The translations under genes were made by a program, and so were the position numbers. This document shows, piece after piece, positions 49,935-58,230 of a stretch of 64,000 nt of DNA; positions within the stretch are counted from its first letter, which is position 1, and the number at the start of each line of letters is the position of its first letter. The DNA is taken from sequence record NC_041917.1. One strand, 5' to 3'. The notes beneath the pieces were generated by a model. The model had not been told where the DNA came from. It saw nothing but the letters and a program-made list of their open reading frames with translations, and made no database searches.

Positions 49935-50401
49935 ATTTGTGTCATATCTAAATCGCCAGATTTAATCAACTTTCGGGCTTGATTAGCTCTTTTAGCTGTG
50001 TTAGACTCTGGTACTACATTAAATGATTCTAAAATAGAACATTGTTGAGCAGATGGCAATGATTTGAACTTGCGAACATCAACCGTGAGTGCTGTGTGGT
50101 GTATATGCATGTTTGAATAGTCTTGTTCATAATAATCTGCTAGATTTCTTAAAATTGTTGGTAAATCGGTATCTGTTAGGTGTTTAATGTATCTATCGTA
50201 AGCATTTTGTACTTTACCTTCAAATGAGTTAACAGTTCTATCTAGTACTGCTCTACATTCTTGTTCACCTTTATGATTATGGTCTAGTACTGGATCTTTT
50301 ACCTTCTCTTTTATAATAGGATCTAAACCTTTTTGACTTTTAAGTAAATCTGCCCTATACTTGGCAGCCTCTTTTGAATTTTTTAATCTTTGTCGTTTCA
50401 T
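49919..50401 (-). CDS. gp49: Recombination endonuclease VII-like Holliday junction resolvase (T4 gp49)
   Basis: LDHNH...RAVL...NSFEG catalytic D/H/N/E pattern and LRNLADYYEQDY...HH; the Zn cysteines are absent. Confidence 0.75.
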   Translation of the reverse strand: MKRQRLKNSKEAAKYRADLLKSQKGLDPIIKEKVKDPVLDHNHKGEQECRAVLDRTVNSFEGKVQNAYDRYIKHLTDTDLPTILRNLADYYEQDYSNMHIHHTALTVDVRKFKSLPSAQQCSILESFNVVPESNTAKRANQARKLIKSGDLDMTQIKKGA

Positions 50402-50429
50402 ATATACCCCTAAAGTCTTTATATAATTG

Positions 50430-50435
50430 TATTTA
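50430..50435 (-). promoter_or_regulatory. Possible late promoter TAAATA for the endo VII gene
   Basis: Motif 29 bp upstream of the start. Confidence 0.5.
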
Positions 50436-50443
50436 ACGAAATA

Positions 50444-50472
50444 TGGAACGAATTAAAAATATTTGGTATAAT
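50444..50472 (+). promoter_or_regulatory. Early/middle-type promoter TGGAAC-N14-TGGTATAAT facing an ORF-free region
   Basis: Perfect copy of the motif. Confidence 0.85.
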
Positions 50473-50477
50473 AAGAT

Positions 50478-50990
50478 AGTAAAACCCTGTTTGGCAATAC
50501 ATGGATGTGTGTTGACAGTTAGTAAAACCCTGATCTAGTCGAAAAGTAGACAGCAGATGAGAAGTTCAAACAGTTCGTTGTGCAAAAGAAACCCGTTAGA
50601 AGTACGTGCAGTCAATCAAATGCGACATAAGACACCGAGATCACGGCAATGCGGCACATTAAAGAAGTACACTAGGCAAATAGTACTTCCTCGATAGACA
50701 TTTAAGGATCGCACCTTACGAAGTAGCTAAGGGAGTTTTTCTGGATAAGAAAATTGCGATTGATTTATATACAATATAGATCCGTCAAAAATTCAGAAGA
50801 ATAAGTATTAAGATTGATTGTATAGTCTTAATATTAGTGTGGTAAGCCCACGACCGTTGCACATGACCGTAATAGAGAGAAACAGAGCAACCCGCTTTCG
50901 TTCTAGAGATAGAAATTTACGATACAATTAAATCCGACGACTATCATCGTCAGAACAATATTCAGTACCTTTATTGGTACTTTTTTATTG
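50478..50990 (+). ncRNA. Candidate large structured non-coding RNA, about 500 nt, family unassigned
   Basis: Own promoter; no ORF of 60 aa or more; most 60-mers 38-43% GC; at least 8 hairpins with GNRA-type loops and G-U pairs in + sense; ends at a hairpin plus T6. Confidence 0.6.
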
Positions 50991-51180
50991 TCTTCATTCC
51001 CCTGTGGGGGGATGATAAAGTCCTCTACAAATCTCGTCAGTATAACAGTATTAAACGTAGTAAGTATTGAATTGAGTTTGCTTCAGTACAAACGAAGTGA
51101 AGTACAGAACAAACGAAAATTCTTTGACATTCGAAGAATGGCAAATTAAACAGTATGAAATATTCTTAAATTCAAGGTAC

Positions 51181-51206
51181 AAAAAAACCAGCAACTAGTG
51201 CTGGTT
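51181..51206 (-). terminator. Intrinsic terminator of the tail chaperone operon
   Basis: aaccagca-actag-tgctggtt with an A7 tract on + (U7 on -). Confidence 0.85.
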
Positions 51207-51420
51207 ATGATTTTTTGTTTTCACGTTTAATCTTTTTGTTATATTGCTTCACCATCAAATCTTTGTCATTCACTGGCATATTCAAAAGCATTTCATATGA
51301 AGTATTAGGTATATGAACTGCAACTTCCATTAAAGAATTTTTAATTTCTTCGCAGTTGAAACGCAATTCAGATATTTCCTTCATTACTTCTTCTGGTTCT
51401 GAGATGAGAAGCCTTGAACG
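51205..51420 (-). CDS. Downstream tail/baseplate assembly ORF: a -1 frameshift extension of the upstream gene, or a 59 aa protein from ATG 51384
   Basis: Frame is open from 51462; T_TTT_TTC at 51426-51420; TAATG overlap at 51386-51382. Confidence 0.6.
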   Translation of the reverse strand, partial: RSRLLISEPEEVMKEISELRFNCEEIKNSLMEVAVHIPNTSYEMLLNMPVNDKDLMVKQYNKKIKRENKKS

Positions 51421-52259
51421 AAAAAACTGCTTGGATCGAATTGAAGATTTTCCAAAACCCATTCATGACCACATTCAGAACAACCTACGTCCATTTCATG
51501 TGATACCCCAATATTATTAATATAATCTGCTTTTTCACGAATTTGTTTTAAAATAAAAGCAGGTTGTGTTCCTACCCAATCAGCAATAAATTCGTCTTCT
51601 TTAACAATCACACCATCAACTGTTTCGATATAATCAATATTGGCTACAGTCATGTCAAAACTTAGCTGAGTCATTTTTTCAAATACATCAGTAAATTCTT
51701 TCATTTTTTCTTCGTCAGTCATTTCTACATTTTCTAGTAGCTGTGCTCTCTTTTGCTCTTTAAACATTCTAAGACCAAATTCTGAATGTTCTTTCCATGT
51801 GTGAGGTTTAAATTTAATAATTAACCCACCAATATCTTCAAGTATTAGTGTTGGTTGTTCTTCAAGTAATTCAGCACTGTCTAGTAAGTACTGTAAATTA
51901 CGTTCAAAGGCACCATGATGACCACATTCAGGACAATTTACTTCAATTTGATATTCTGTTTCTTTCGTTGCTAATTTTATTCCAATTAGCAATAGTTCAA
52001 CATCTGGTACAAACAAGTCACGTGCATTTGAAATATTTGGTACACAGTTTTGAATAACATTCACTACAGCTTCACCATTCATTAGTGCATCTGGATTGTT
52101 AAACATCAATTCATCACGTGCTGACCGTGCACAAATACCACATTCAACAGTATCGCTAACTAGCACACCTTTTGGATATTTAATTACATCATTACTTACT
52201 AATTTAGTATATAAAGTTTCTACTTTTGTATACTTTGATAAAGGGTTCATTTGATTCAT
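51384..52259 (-). CDS. Baseplate hub/tail assembly chaperone, T4 gp26/gp51-like
   Basis: RDELMFNNPDALMNG...DVELLLIGIK pattern; two CxxC motifs (CPEC, CSEC); start moved to 52259 (GGAG SD). Confidence 0.7.
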   Translation of the reverse strand: MNQMNPLSKYTKVETLYTKLVSNDVIKYPKGVLVSDTVECGICARSARDELMFNNPDALMNGEAVVNVIQNCVPNISNARDLFVPDVELLLIGIKLATKETEYQIEVNCPECGHHGAFERNLQYLLDSAELLEEQPTLILEDIGGLIIKFKPHTWKEHSEFGLRMFKEQKRAQLLENVEMTDEEKMKEFTDVFEKMTQLSFDMTVANIDYIETVDGVIVKEDEFIADWVGTQPAFILKQIREKADYINNIGVSHEMDVGCSECGHEWVLENLQFDPSSFFVQGFSSQNQKK

Positions 52260-52272
52260 ACTGACTCCATAA

Positions 52273-52311
52273 TAAATACGTCTATACAATATTTTGTATA
52301 AAGTTATTTAT
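52273..52311. promoter_or_regulatory. Face-to-face late promoters: TAAATA on + (52273-52278) and ATAAATA on - (52305-52311), around a 7 bp inverted repeat
   Basis: tatacaa-tatt-ttgtata at 52283-52300. Confidence 0.6.
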
Positions 52312-52323
52312 GAGGAAAATTAC

Positions 52324-54474
52324 ATGGCAGGAATTAGCTCAGATTATATCTTGCAACAGATATTAGATCAGAATGTTGCCGCTAATGATAATTTAAGTGC
52401 GATGCGTACCTTACTTGTTGACATTGAAAAAAATGGCAAAACGGGTGGAGGCGGTGGTTCTGGTGGTGGTGACGATGATACCCGTAGAAGAAACCGAAAT
52501 GATAGAAACAATAATGATAGTGCATCATTTTCTAAAGCATTTAAAGATATTTTTGGTGAAATGAAAAATATTGGCGGTTCAGTACTAGGCAACAATGGTT
52601 CTATTCAGAATACTGTTGGTGCAGTTGGTGCATCTGCTAGAGTATTACAATCATCGTTAGGTAAATTACCAGGTCCAATTGGTGCCGTTGCATCAGGATT
52701 TATGCAAATTGTCCAAGCTGGTGTGGCAGTATACGAGTACTTGAACGAACAATTGAATATGTATAATCAATTGAATAGTGCAGGTCTAACTCTTGCTGAT
52801 GGTATGTTAACTGTTAGAAAGGGTGCAGCAGGTGCATTTTTAAGTATCAACGAATACTCGAAAGTACTAGAAAAGAATAGTGATGCCATTGCAGCTATGG
52901 ATGGTCAATATGGTGATGGTGTAGAACATTTTGGTAAATTACTAAATACCGTCCAATTGACACAAGAAAAGATGGGTTTATATGGAGTATCACAGCAACA
53001 ATTAGCTGACCTTACTGCTAAAAACTATAAATTCGAGAAGATGTATTCAGGTCAACAACAATTAAGAAGTATGACTGAATCACAAAGTACTGAAAAATTT
53101 GTCGGTACTATGACATATTTAAGTAAGACAGTTGGTAAAAGTGTAGATGAATTACTTTCTAAATTTAATGATATGGGACAAAATTTAGATACTGGATTAT
53201 CACAAGATGCGTTAACACAGTATTACGGATTATCAGAAGATAAAGCCGCCCAAGTATCAAAAAGTATGAATTCTATTTTTGCTAGTATGGGTGAAGCTGG
53301 TGCTCAATTACAAAAATTGAACGCAAGTAAATTACAAACAAACGCCTTACCTGAAGAATTTAATAACCAGTTTACACAAATGTATACTGACCAAATTAAA
53401 CAACTTCAACTTGCAGGAATTACTGATGAGAAACAACTTCGTCGTCATATGTCACAATATGTAGCTGACCATAAGCGTCAACTAGATGATGAAATTCGTT
53501 ATCAAAATTTGGCAGGTAATACAACAGCCGCAGCATGGTTAAACCAATTAAGAAATATTGAAAATACATTAAATGATCCTAAAAATCAACCAAGTCCTAT
53601 TATTGAAAACTTCACTAATAGATTTAATTTATGGATAGGTAAAACATTCACTGAACCATTTAATAATATGTATGTAGATATTCAGGAGAAAACTGCATCT
53701 TATCTTACTAATTTAGCAGATAATTCAGCAAATGCTTGGGATTTCACTGCTAAGTTAGTTCGTGATGGTTTAAAAGCTATTCCTAATGTTTTTAGTGATG
53801 GGATGACATATCTTGTAAGTTTACTAGAAGGTTGGGCAACTGATTTATTTGGTGATAGTTATACTCAAGTATCCCAATCATTTGAAAATTTCATGAATGA
53901 CTTTATGAACTTGCCAAATATGTTATGGGATTCTATAACTGGTTGGTGGAATAGTAGTCGTGATGATAAGATAGATGGAATAAAATCTGCTGCGAGTTCA
54001 ATGTGGGATAATATTAAGGGTGTTTTCACTGATATAGGAAATACTACTCCACCAGGACAAGAAGAAACTAAAAAATCATTTATGGATATGTATAATTCTT
54101 TAAATGATAAATTGAATACATATTTGAATAAGTTTAAAAGTTGGTGGAATGGGGATGATGAGAATCAACCTACCGGACCAACACCACAACCTACATCAAA
54201 TAAAAATCCACCAATTGCAAATCAACCAAAAACAGTAGGTCAACAGAAAGTAACTGCACCAGCAGAATACACTAAACCTATTAAAATTGAGCAAACGGAT
54301 CAAACTGCACCTGATGAAATGCAGACTGCACAAAATAGTTCTGGCTCAGATGCCACAACTAAGATACTTGCAGCAATACTAAATAACTTAGAAAGTCAAG
54401 GACAGGCAAATAGCCAAGCTGCGATTATTTTAAGACAGATTGCTGATAATACAGAACCTGCTCGAAATGTATAA
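52324..54474 (+). CDS. Probable tape measure protein
   Basis: About 716 aa, helical and A/S/G/Q-rich with spaced Trp/Phe; next to the tail chaperone gene; GAGGA SD favours ATG 52324. Confidence 0.6.
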   Translation: MAGISSDYILQQILDQNVAANDNLSAMRTLLVDIEKNGKTGGGGGSGGGDDDTRRRNRNDRNNNDSASFSKAFKDIFGEMKNIGGSVLGNNGSIQNTVGAVGASARVLQSSLGKLPGPIGAVASGFMQIVQAGVAVYEYLNEQLNMYNQLNSAGLTLADGMLTVRKGAAGAFLSINEYSKVLEKNSDAIAAMDGQYGDGVEHFGKLLNTVQLTQEKMGLYGVSQQQLADLTAKNYKFEKMYSGQQQLRSMTESQSTEKFVGTMTYLSKTVGKSVDELLSKFNDMGQNLDTGLSQDALTQYYGLSEDKAAQVSKSMNSIFASMGEAGAQLQKLNASKLQTNALPEEFNNQFTQMYTDQIKQLQLAGITDEKQLRRHMSQYVADHKRQLDDEIRYQNLAGNTTAAAWLNQLRNIENTLNDPKNQPSPIIENFTNRFNLWIGKTFTEPFNNMYVDIQEKTASYLTNLADNSANAWDFTAKLVRDGLKAIPNVFSDGMTYLVSLLEGWATDLFGDSYTQVSQSFENFMNDFMNLPNMLWDSITGWWNSSRDDKIDGIKSAASSMWDNIKGVFTDIGNTTPPGQEETKKSFMDMYNSLNDKLNTYLNKFKSWWNGDDENQPTGPTPQPTSNKNPPIANQPKTVGQQKVTAPAEYTKPIKIEQTDQTAPDEMQTAQNSSGSDATTKILAAILNNLESQGQANSQAAIILRQIADNTEPARNV

Positions 54475-54491
54475 ATGGAGTTATATAAAAT

Positions 54492-56237
54492 ATGAGTTGG
54501 AAACGACATATGACAATGGGGCGTTCGAAAATTTCGAAGGATACCCGTAACAATTCGACACCAATACAGTCTTCAGGGGCGAAAACTAATTTCGCCTCTT
54601 ACTTACCTGCTGTATACAATGGAATGTCAAACCGTATTGATCGTTATAGACAATATGACCAAATGGATCAAGATCCAGAAATTCGAACTGCACTGAATAT
54701 TATCGCAGATTTTTGTACTCAAAGTACTAAAGATTATGGATTGCCATTTCAGATACAGTACAAAGATACAATGGGTGACACTGAAGTTACTACATTGGAA
54801 GATAGATTAGAATCATGGTCTGATCAGAACCAATTTAAAATAAGAATTTACGATATTATTCGTGGTATTTTGAAATATGGTGATCAGTTCTTTGTTCGTG
54901 ATCCAGAAACATTTGAATGGTATTGGGTAAACCCAATGAATGTTGATAAAGTAGTAGTAAATGAAAGTACTGGTAAAAATCCAGTAATTTATTATATTCG
55001 TGATGTTTCCTTAAACATCAGAGATAAAGTAATGAGTAATTTACAACTAGGATTTGATAAAATGGCATATCCTGGTTCATTACCTAATACATTAGCTGGT
55101 GCTGGTTCACAATACGGTTCAGTTGGTGGTGCTGGCGGTGGTGCAGGTGCAGATAGTTCCAATCCATTCGGTACTAATGGTCAATTGGATGTTTTACCAG
55201 TTGCAGCGGAGCATGTTATTCACTTATCTCTAAACACTGGACAAGATCCGTTCTGGCCTTTTGGTACTAGTATATTAGAAAATATTTTTAAAGTATATAA
55301 ACAAAAAGAATTGTTAGAAGATAGTATAATTATCTATCGTGTACAACGTGCACCAGAACGTAGGGTATTTAAAATTGATGTTGGTGATATGCAACCACAC
55401 CAAGCGATGGCATTCGTTGAACGTGTAAAAAATGATATACACCAACGTAGAATACCATCAAATAAAGGTGGAAGTACTTCATTAATGGATGCAGCTTATA
55501 ACCCATTAAGTATTTTAGAAGACTATTTCTTCCCACAAACCGCAGATGGTCGTGGTTCATCGGTAGAAACACTACCTGGTGGTGATAACTTAGGTCAAAT
55601 TGATGACTTACGTTATTTTAATAATAAATTAATTCGTGGATTACAAATTCCAGCATCATATCTACCAATGGGTCCAGATGATGGTGGTGTAGCACTATTT
55701 GGTGATGGTGCAACTCAAGCTATGGCAAGTGAATTACGTTTTAATAATGAATGTATGCGTTACCAACGTATTATATCTCGTATTTTTGATGATGAATTCA
55801 AACGTTATATGTTAAAAAATGGATATAACATTAGTGCATCTTCATTTGAAGTTACTTTTAATCCACCCATGAACTTTGCAGCGAATCGTAAAGCTGAAAT
55901 GGATGCTAAGTTAATACAAACATATATGCCTCTAAATGATCTCAAATACTTCTCTAAACAGTTCATTATGAAGAAAATGGGCTTTGAACAAGATGATATT
56001 GTTGAGAATGAAAGATTATGGATGCAAGAAAATCCAGCGGCAGTACAAAATAGTCCACAAGAAGTTGATGGAGCAAATGCTGGTCTACAATCTGTTGGTT
56101 TAGAAGCACCAAATAATCCAGAAACTGATTTAGGTATGGATGAAAATGGGAACTTAGAAAGTGCCGATGCAGAATATCAAGAACAAACTGGTGGTCAAGG
56201 TGGATTTGACCCTAATAGTTTAGGTAATTCATTTTAA
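54492..56237 (+). CDS. gp20: Portal protein, T4 gp20-like
   Basis: LLEDSIIIYRVQRAPERRVFKIDVG and EDYFFPQTADGRGSSVETLPGG motifs. Confidence 0.95.
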   Translation: MSWKRHMTMGRSKISKDTRNNSTPIQSSGAKTNFASYLPAVYNGMSNRIDRYRQYDQMDQDPEIRTALNIIADFCTQSTKDYGLPFQIQYKDTMGDTEVTTLEDRLESWSDQNQFKIRIYDIIRGILKYGDQFFVRDPETFEWYWVNPMNVDKVVVNESTGKNPVIYYIRDVSLNIRDKVMSNLQLGFDKMAYPGSLPNTLAGAGSQYGSVGGAGGGAGADSSNPFGTNGQLDVLPVAAEHVIHLSLNTGQDPFWPFGTSILENIFKVYKQKELLEDSIIIYRVQRAPERRVFKIDVGDMQPHQAMAFVERVKNDIHQRRIPSNKGGSTSLMDAAYNPLSILEDYFFPQTADGRGSSVETLPGGDNLGQIDDLRYFNNKLIRGLQIPASYLPMGPDDGGVALFGDGATQAMASELRFNNECMRYQRIISRIFDDEFKRYMLKNGYNISASSFEVTFNPPMNFAANRKAEMDAKLIQTYMPLNDLKYFSKQFIMKKMGFEQDDIVENERLWMQENPAAVQNSPQEVDGANAGLQSVGLEAPNNPETDLGMDENGNLESADAEYQEQTGGQGGFDPNSLGNSF

Positions 56238-56292
56238 GGTTCATAAATAATATTGATTCGTTCAGTGAACGATTAGAATATAAGGATAGGTT

Positions 56293-56526
56293 ATGTTAGA
56301 CGAAATTTTTGAAGCTAAAGATGACTCTATGTACGACCCTGAAGATGATCAGACAGTATATAAGTTGACTGACACTCGAAAACCTAAATTGACATTACAA
56401 ATTCTCAACAACTTGAGAAAGTACAGAGAATTTAAAAAGAATGAAGCTGCTAAGCGTGACGCAGTGGTTGCGATAGTATATGCACAACCTTCTGGTGATG
56501 ATCAAGCTGGTGGTGGAATGATGTAA
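56293..56526 (+). CDS. Small prohead core-like protein (gp67/68 position)
   Basis: 77 aa; DTRKPKLTL...LRK motif; late motif ATAAATA at 56243-56249. Confidence 0.55.
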   Translation: MLDEIFEAKDDSMYDPEDDQTVYKLTDTRKPKLTLQILNNLRKYREFKKNEAAKRDAVVAIVYAQPSGDDQAGGGMM

Positions 56527-56535
56527 TTATTACGA

Positions 56536-56575
56536 AAAGTGCCATTTTTAAGCTTTTTTGAAAATGGTATTTTTC
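56536..56575 (+). terminator. Hairpin/terminator followed by late promoter ATAAATA (56582-56588)
   Basis: aaagtgccatttt/aaaatggtatttt, 13 bp stem with two G-U pairs. Confidence 0.5.
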
Positions 56576-56633
56576 TTACTAATAAATAATGACATACCAA
56601 AATAAATTTTTGTATATCTGTTTGGAGGATATA

Positions 56634-57509
56634 ATGGCAAATATTAAACTATTGCAAGAAGCTATCCAAGCTTTTGCTAATGGCAACAACGAAATCGCTG
56701 ATAAGAAAATGCGTAAATATTTCGTTGAGCAAGCTCAAGAAATTAATAAGAAACTTGAAGAAGAAATGGAATCAGAAGAAGAAGAAATGTGTGAAGACAT
56801 TAATTCTGATCCTGAAGAAAGCATGACTGATGAAGTCGGTTACAAGCTTGATGAAGAAGAAGAACTAGACGAAGGTATGTTTAGTCCTGATATTAATGCT
56901 GGTGGAAACGCAGTTAATATTGGTGGTGGTTCTGCTAATGGCGAAATGCAAATGGAAGAAGATGAACATCCTGAAGACAGTGAATCTGATTTCGAAGATG
57001 AAGGTTCTGAAGGTTCTGCGTCACCTGATGCTGACCAATGGGAATCAATCAAATCTGCATTCGAAGATCTAGAACGTATGTTCGATGAGATCGAAGGTGG
57101 TGACGGTGTTGAATTTGAAGATGATCAATCTGATGACTTTGGTGATGCTGAAGAATCTGAAGATGAATTCGGTGATGTTCAATTCGGTGATGAAAAAGTT
57201 GGTGAAGCTTTCCAAATGAAGAAAGTTGCAGCACCAGAAAAAACTGAAAAAGCTGGCGTAAACAAGAAGTCTGTAGTTGCACCTAATGCTAAATCTCCAG
57301 TAGATGGCGTTAAACCAGTAACTATTAAAGACGGTACTGTAGATGCTACTGATGATAAGTTTGAAAACTCAGATGCATTGGATGCAAAAGTAGAAGACCA
57401 TAATAATGTTATGGATAACGGTAAACACGTTATGAAACCTGCTAAGACTCCAAAAAATACTGCTGAGAAATCACGCTCACCATTACCAAAAAGTCAACCA
57501 AAAATCTAA
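56634..57509 (+). CDS. Acidic prohead core/internal scaffold protein
   Basis: Very E/D-rich body and basic tail; lies between portal and protease; GGAGG SD favours 56634. Confidence 0.6.
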   Translation: MANIKLLQEAIQAFANGNNEIADKKMRKYFVEQAQEINKKLEEEMESEEEEMCEDINSDPEESMTDEVGYKLDEEEELDEGMFSPDINAGGNAVNIGGGSANGEMQMEEDEHPEDSESDFEDEGSEGSASPDADQWESIKSAFEDLERMFDEIEGGDGVEFEDDQSDDFGDAEESEDEFGDVQFGDEKVGEAFQMKKVAAPEKTEKAGVNKKSVVAPNAKSPVDGVKPVTIKDGTVDATDDKFENSDALDAKVEDHNNVMDNGKHVMKPAKTPKNTAEKSRSPLPKSQPKI

Positions 57510-57531
57510 TGAAAAATGAAGGAGATCATTT

Positions 57532-58161
57532 ATGAGTATGCTTAGGGAATGGTCTTCATTCAATGATTCTAAAATAGTACTAGAGTACAAAGAGGATCAA
57601 TTAACTGGACGTAAGAATTGCTATCTTAAAGGGATAGCAATTCAAGCTGACCGTAGAAACTTAAATGAACGTGTTTATCCTTTTGCCGAAATTGCGAGAG
57701 CAGTAAATAATATGGCAGAAAGGATTTCAAAGGGAGAAAGCATTCTTTGTGAATGTGACCACCCGGAAACACTAACCGTTAATTTAGATAGAGTTGTTGG
57801 TATGATTACTAATGTATGGATGGAAGGTGCTAATGGTATGGCTACTATTATGCTTCTTGATACTACATTAGGAAAAGATATTAGAACTATGATCGAAAGT
57901 GGCGTTAAGTTAGGTGTTAGCTCACGTGGTTCAGGTAATGTTGACCATAATGGTGTTGTATCTGATTTTGAAATTGTAACTATTGACATTGTAGCACAAC
58001 CAAGTGCTCCAGATGCATATCCTCAAGCGGTATTTGAATCTCTGAATAGTAAGTACGGAGCACCTATGAATGGCACAAGCCGTGTGTTTGAGTCATCAAA
58101 AACTTCTTATAGTAAAGTTGATGATGAAATTCATCAATTTTTTAAGAATTTAAAAGGTTAA
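57532..58161 (+). CDS. gp21: Prohead core protease, T4 gp21-like
   Basis: LKGIAIQAD.RNLNERVYP, ECDHP, GVSSRGSG and DIVAQPSAPDAY motifs. Confidence 0.95.
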   Translation: MSMLREWSSFNDSKIVLEYKEDQLTGRKNCYLKGIAIQADRRNLNERVYPFAEIARAVNNMAERISKGESILCECDHPETLTVNLDRVVGMITNVWMEGANGMATIMLLDTTLGKDIRTMIESGVKLGVSSRGSGNVDHNGVVSDFEIVTIDIVAQPSAPDAYPQAVFESLNSKYGAPMNGTSRVFESSKTSYSKVDDEIHQFFKNLKG

Positions 58162-58172
58162 TAAAATAAAAT

Positions 58173-58204
58173 TATAAATATCTGTACATCAAGAGTACGG
58201 ATAT
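58173..58204 (+). promoter_or_regulatory. Late promoter TATAAATA with an overlapping 10 bp hairpin
   Basis: Exact consensus at 58173-58180; atatctgtac-atcaaga-gtacggatat at 58178-58204. Confidence 0.7.
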
Positions 58205-58230
58205 TATCAGTACTTTAAAGGAGAAAACAA

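Noticed and set aside
50477-50532. TAAAACCCT as a telomerase-like template
   Set aside because: A 9 nt resemblance is expected by chance, and no reverse transcriptase is seen
50804-50835. TGTATAGTC as a group I intron S element
   Set aside because: No matching R element or interrupted exon pair; explained as one arm of a local hairpin
50836-50900. tRNA-like (TAGTGTGGTAA) or RNase P-like (AACAGAGCAACCCGCTT) fragments
   Set aside because: No cloverleaf, T-loop or CCA end; the 5' P4 strand GAGGAAAGUCC is not present upstream
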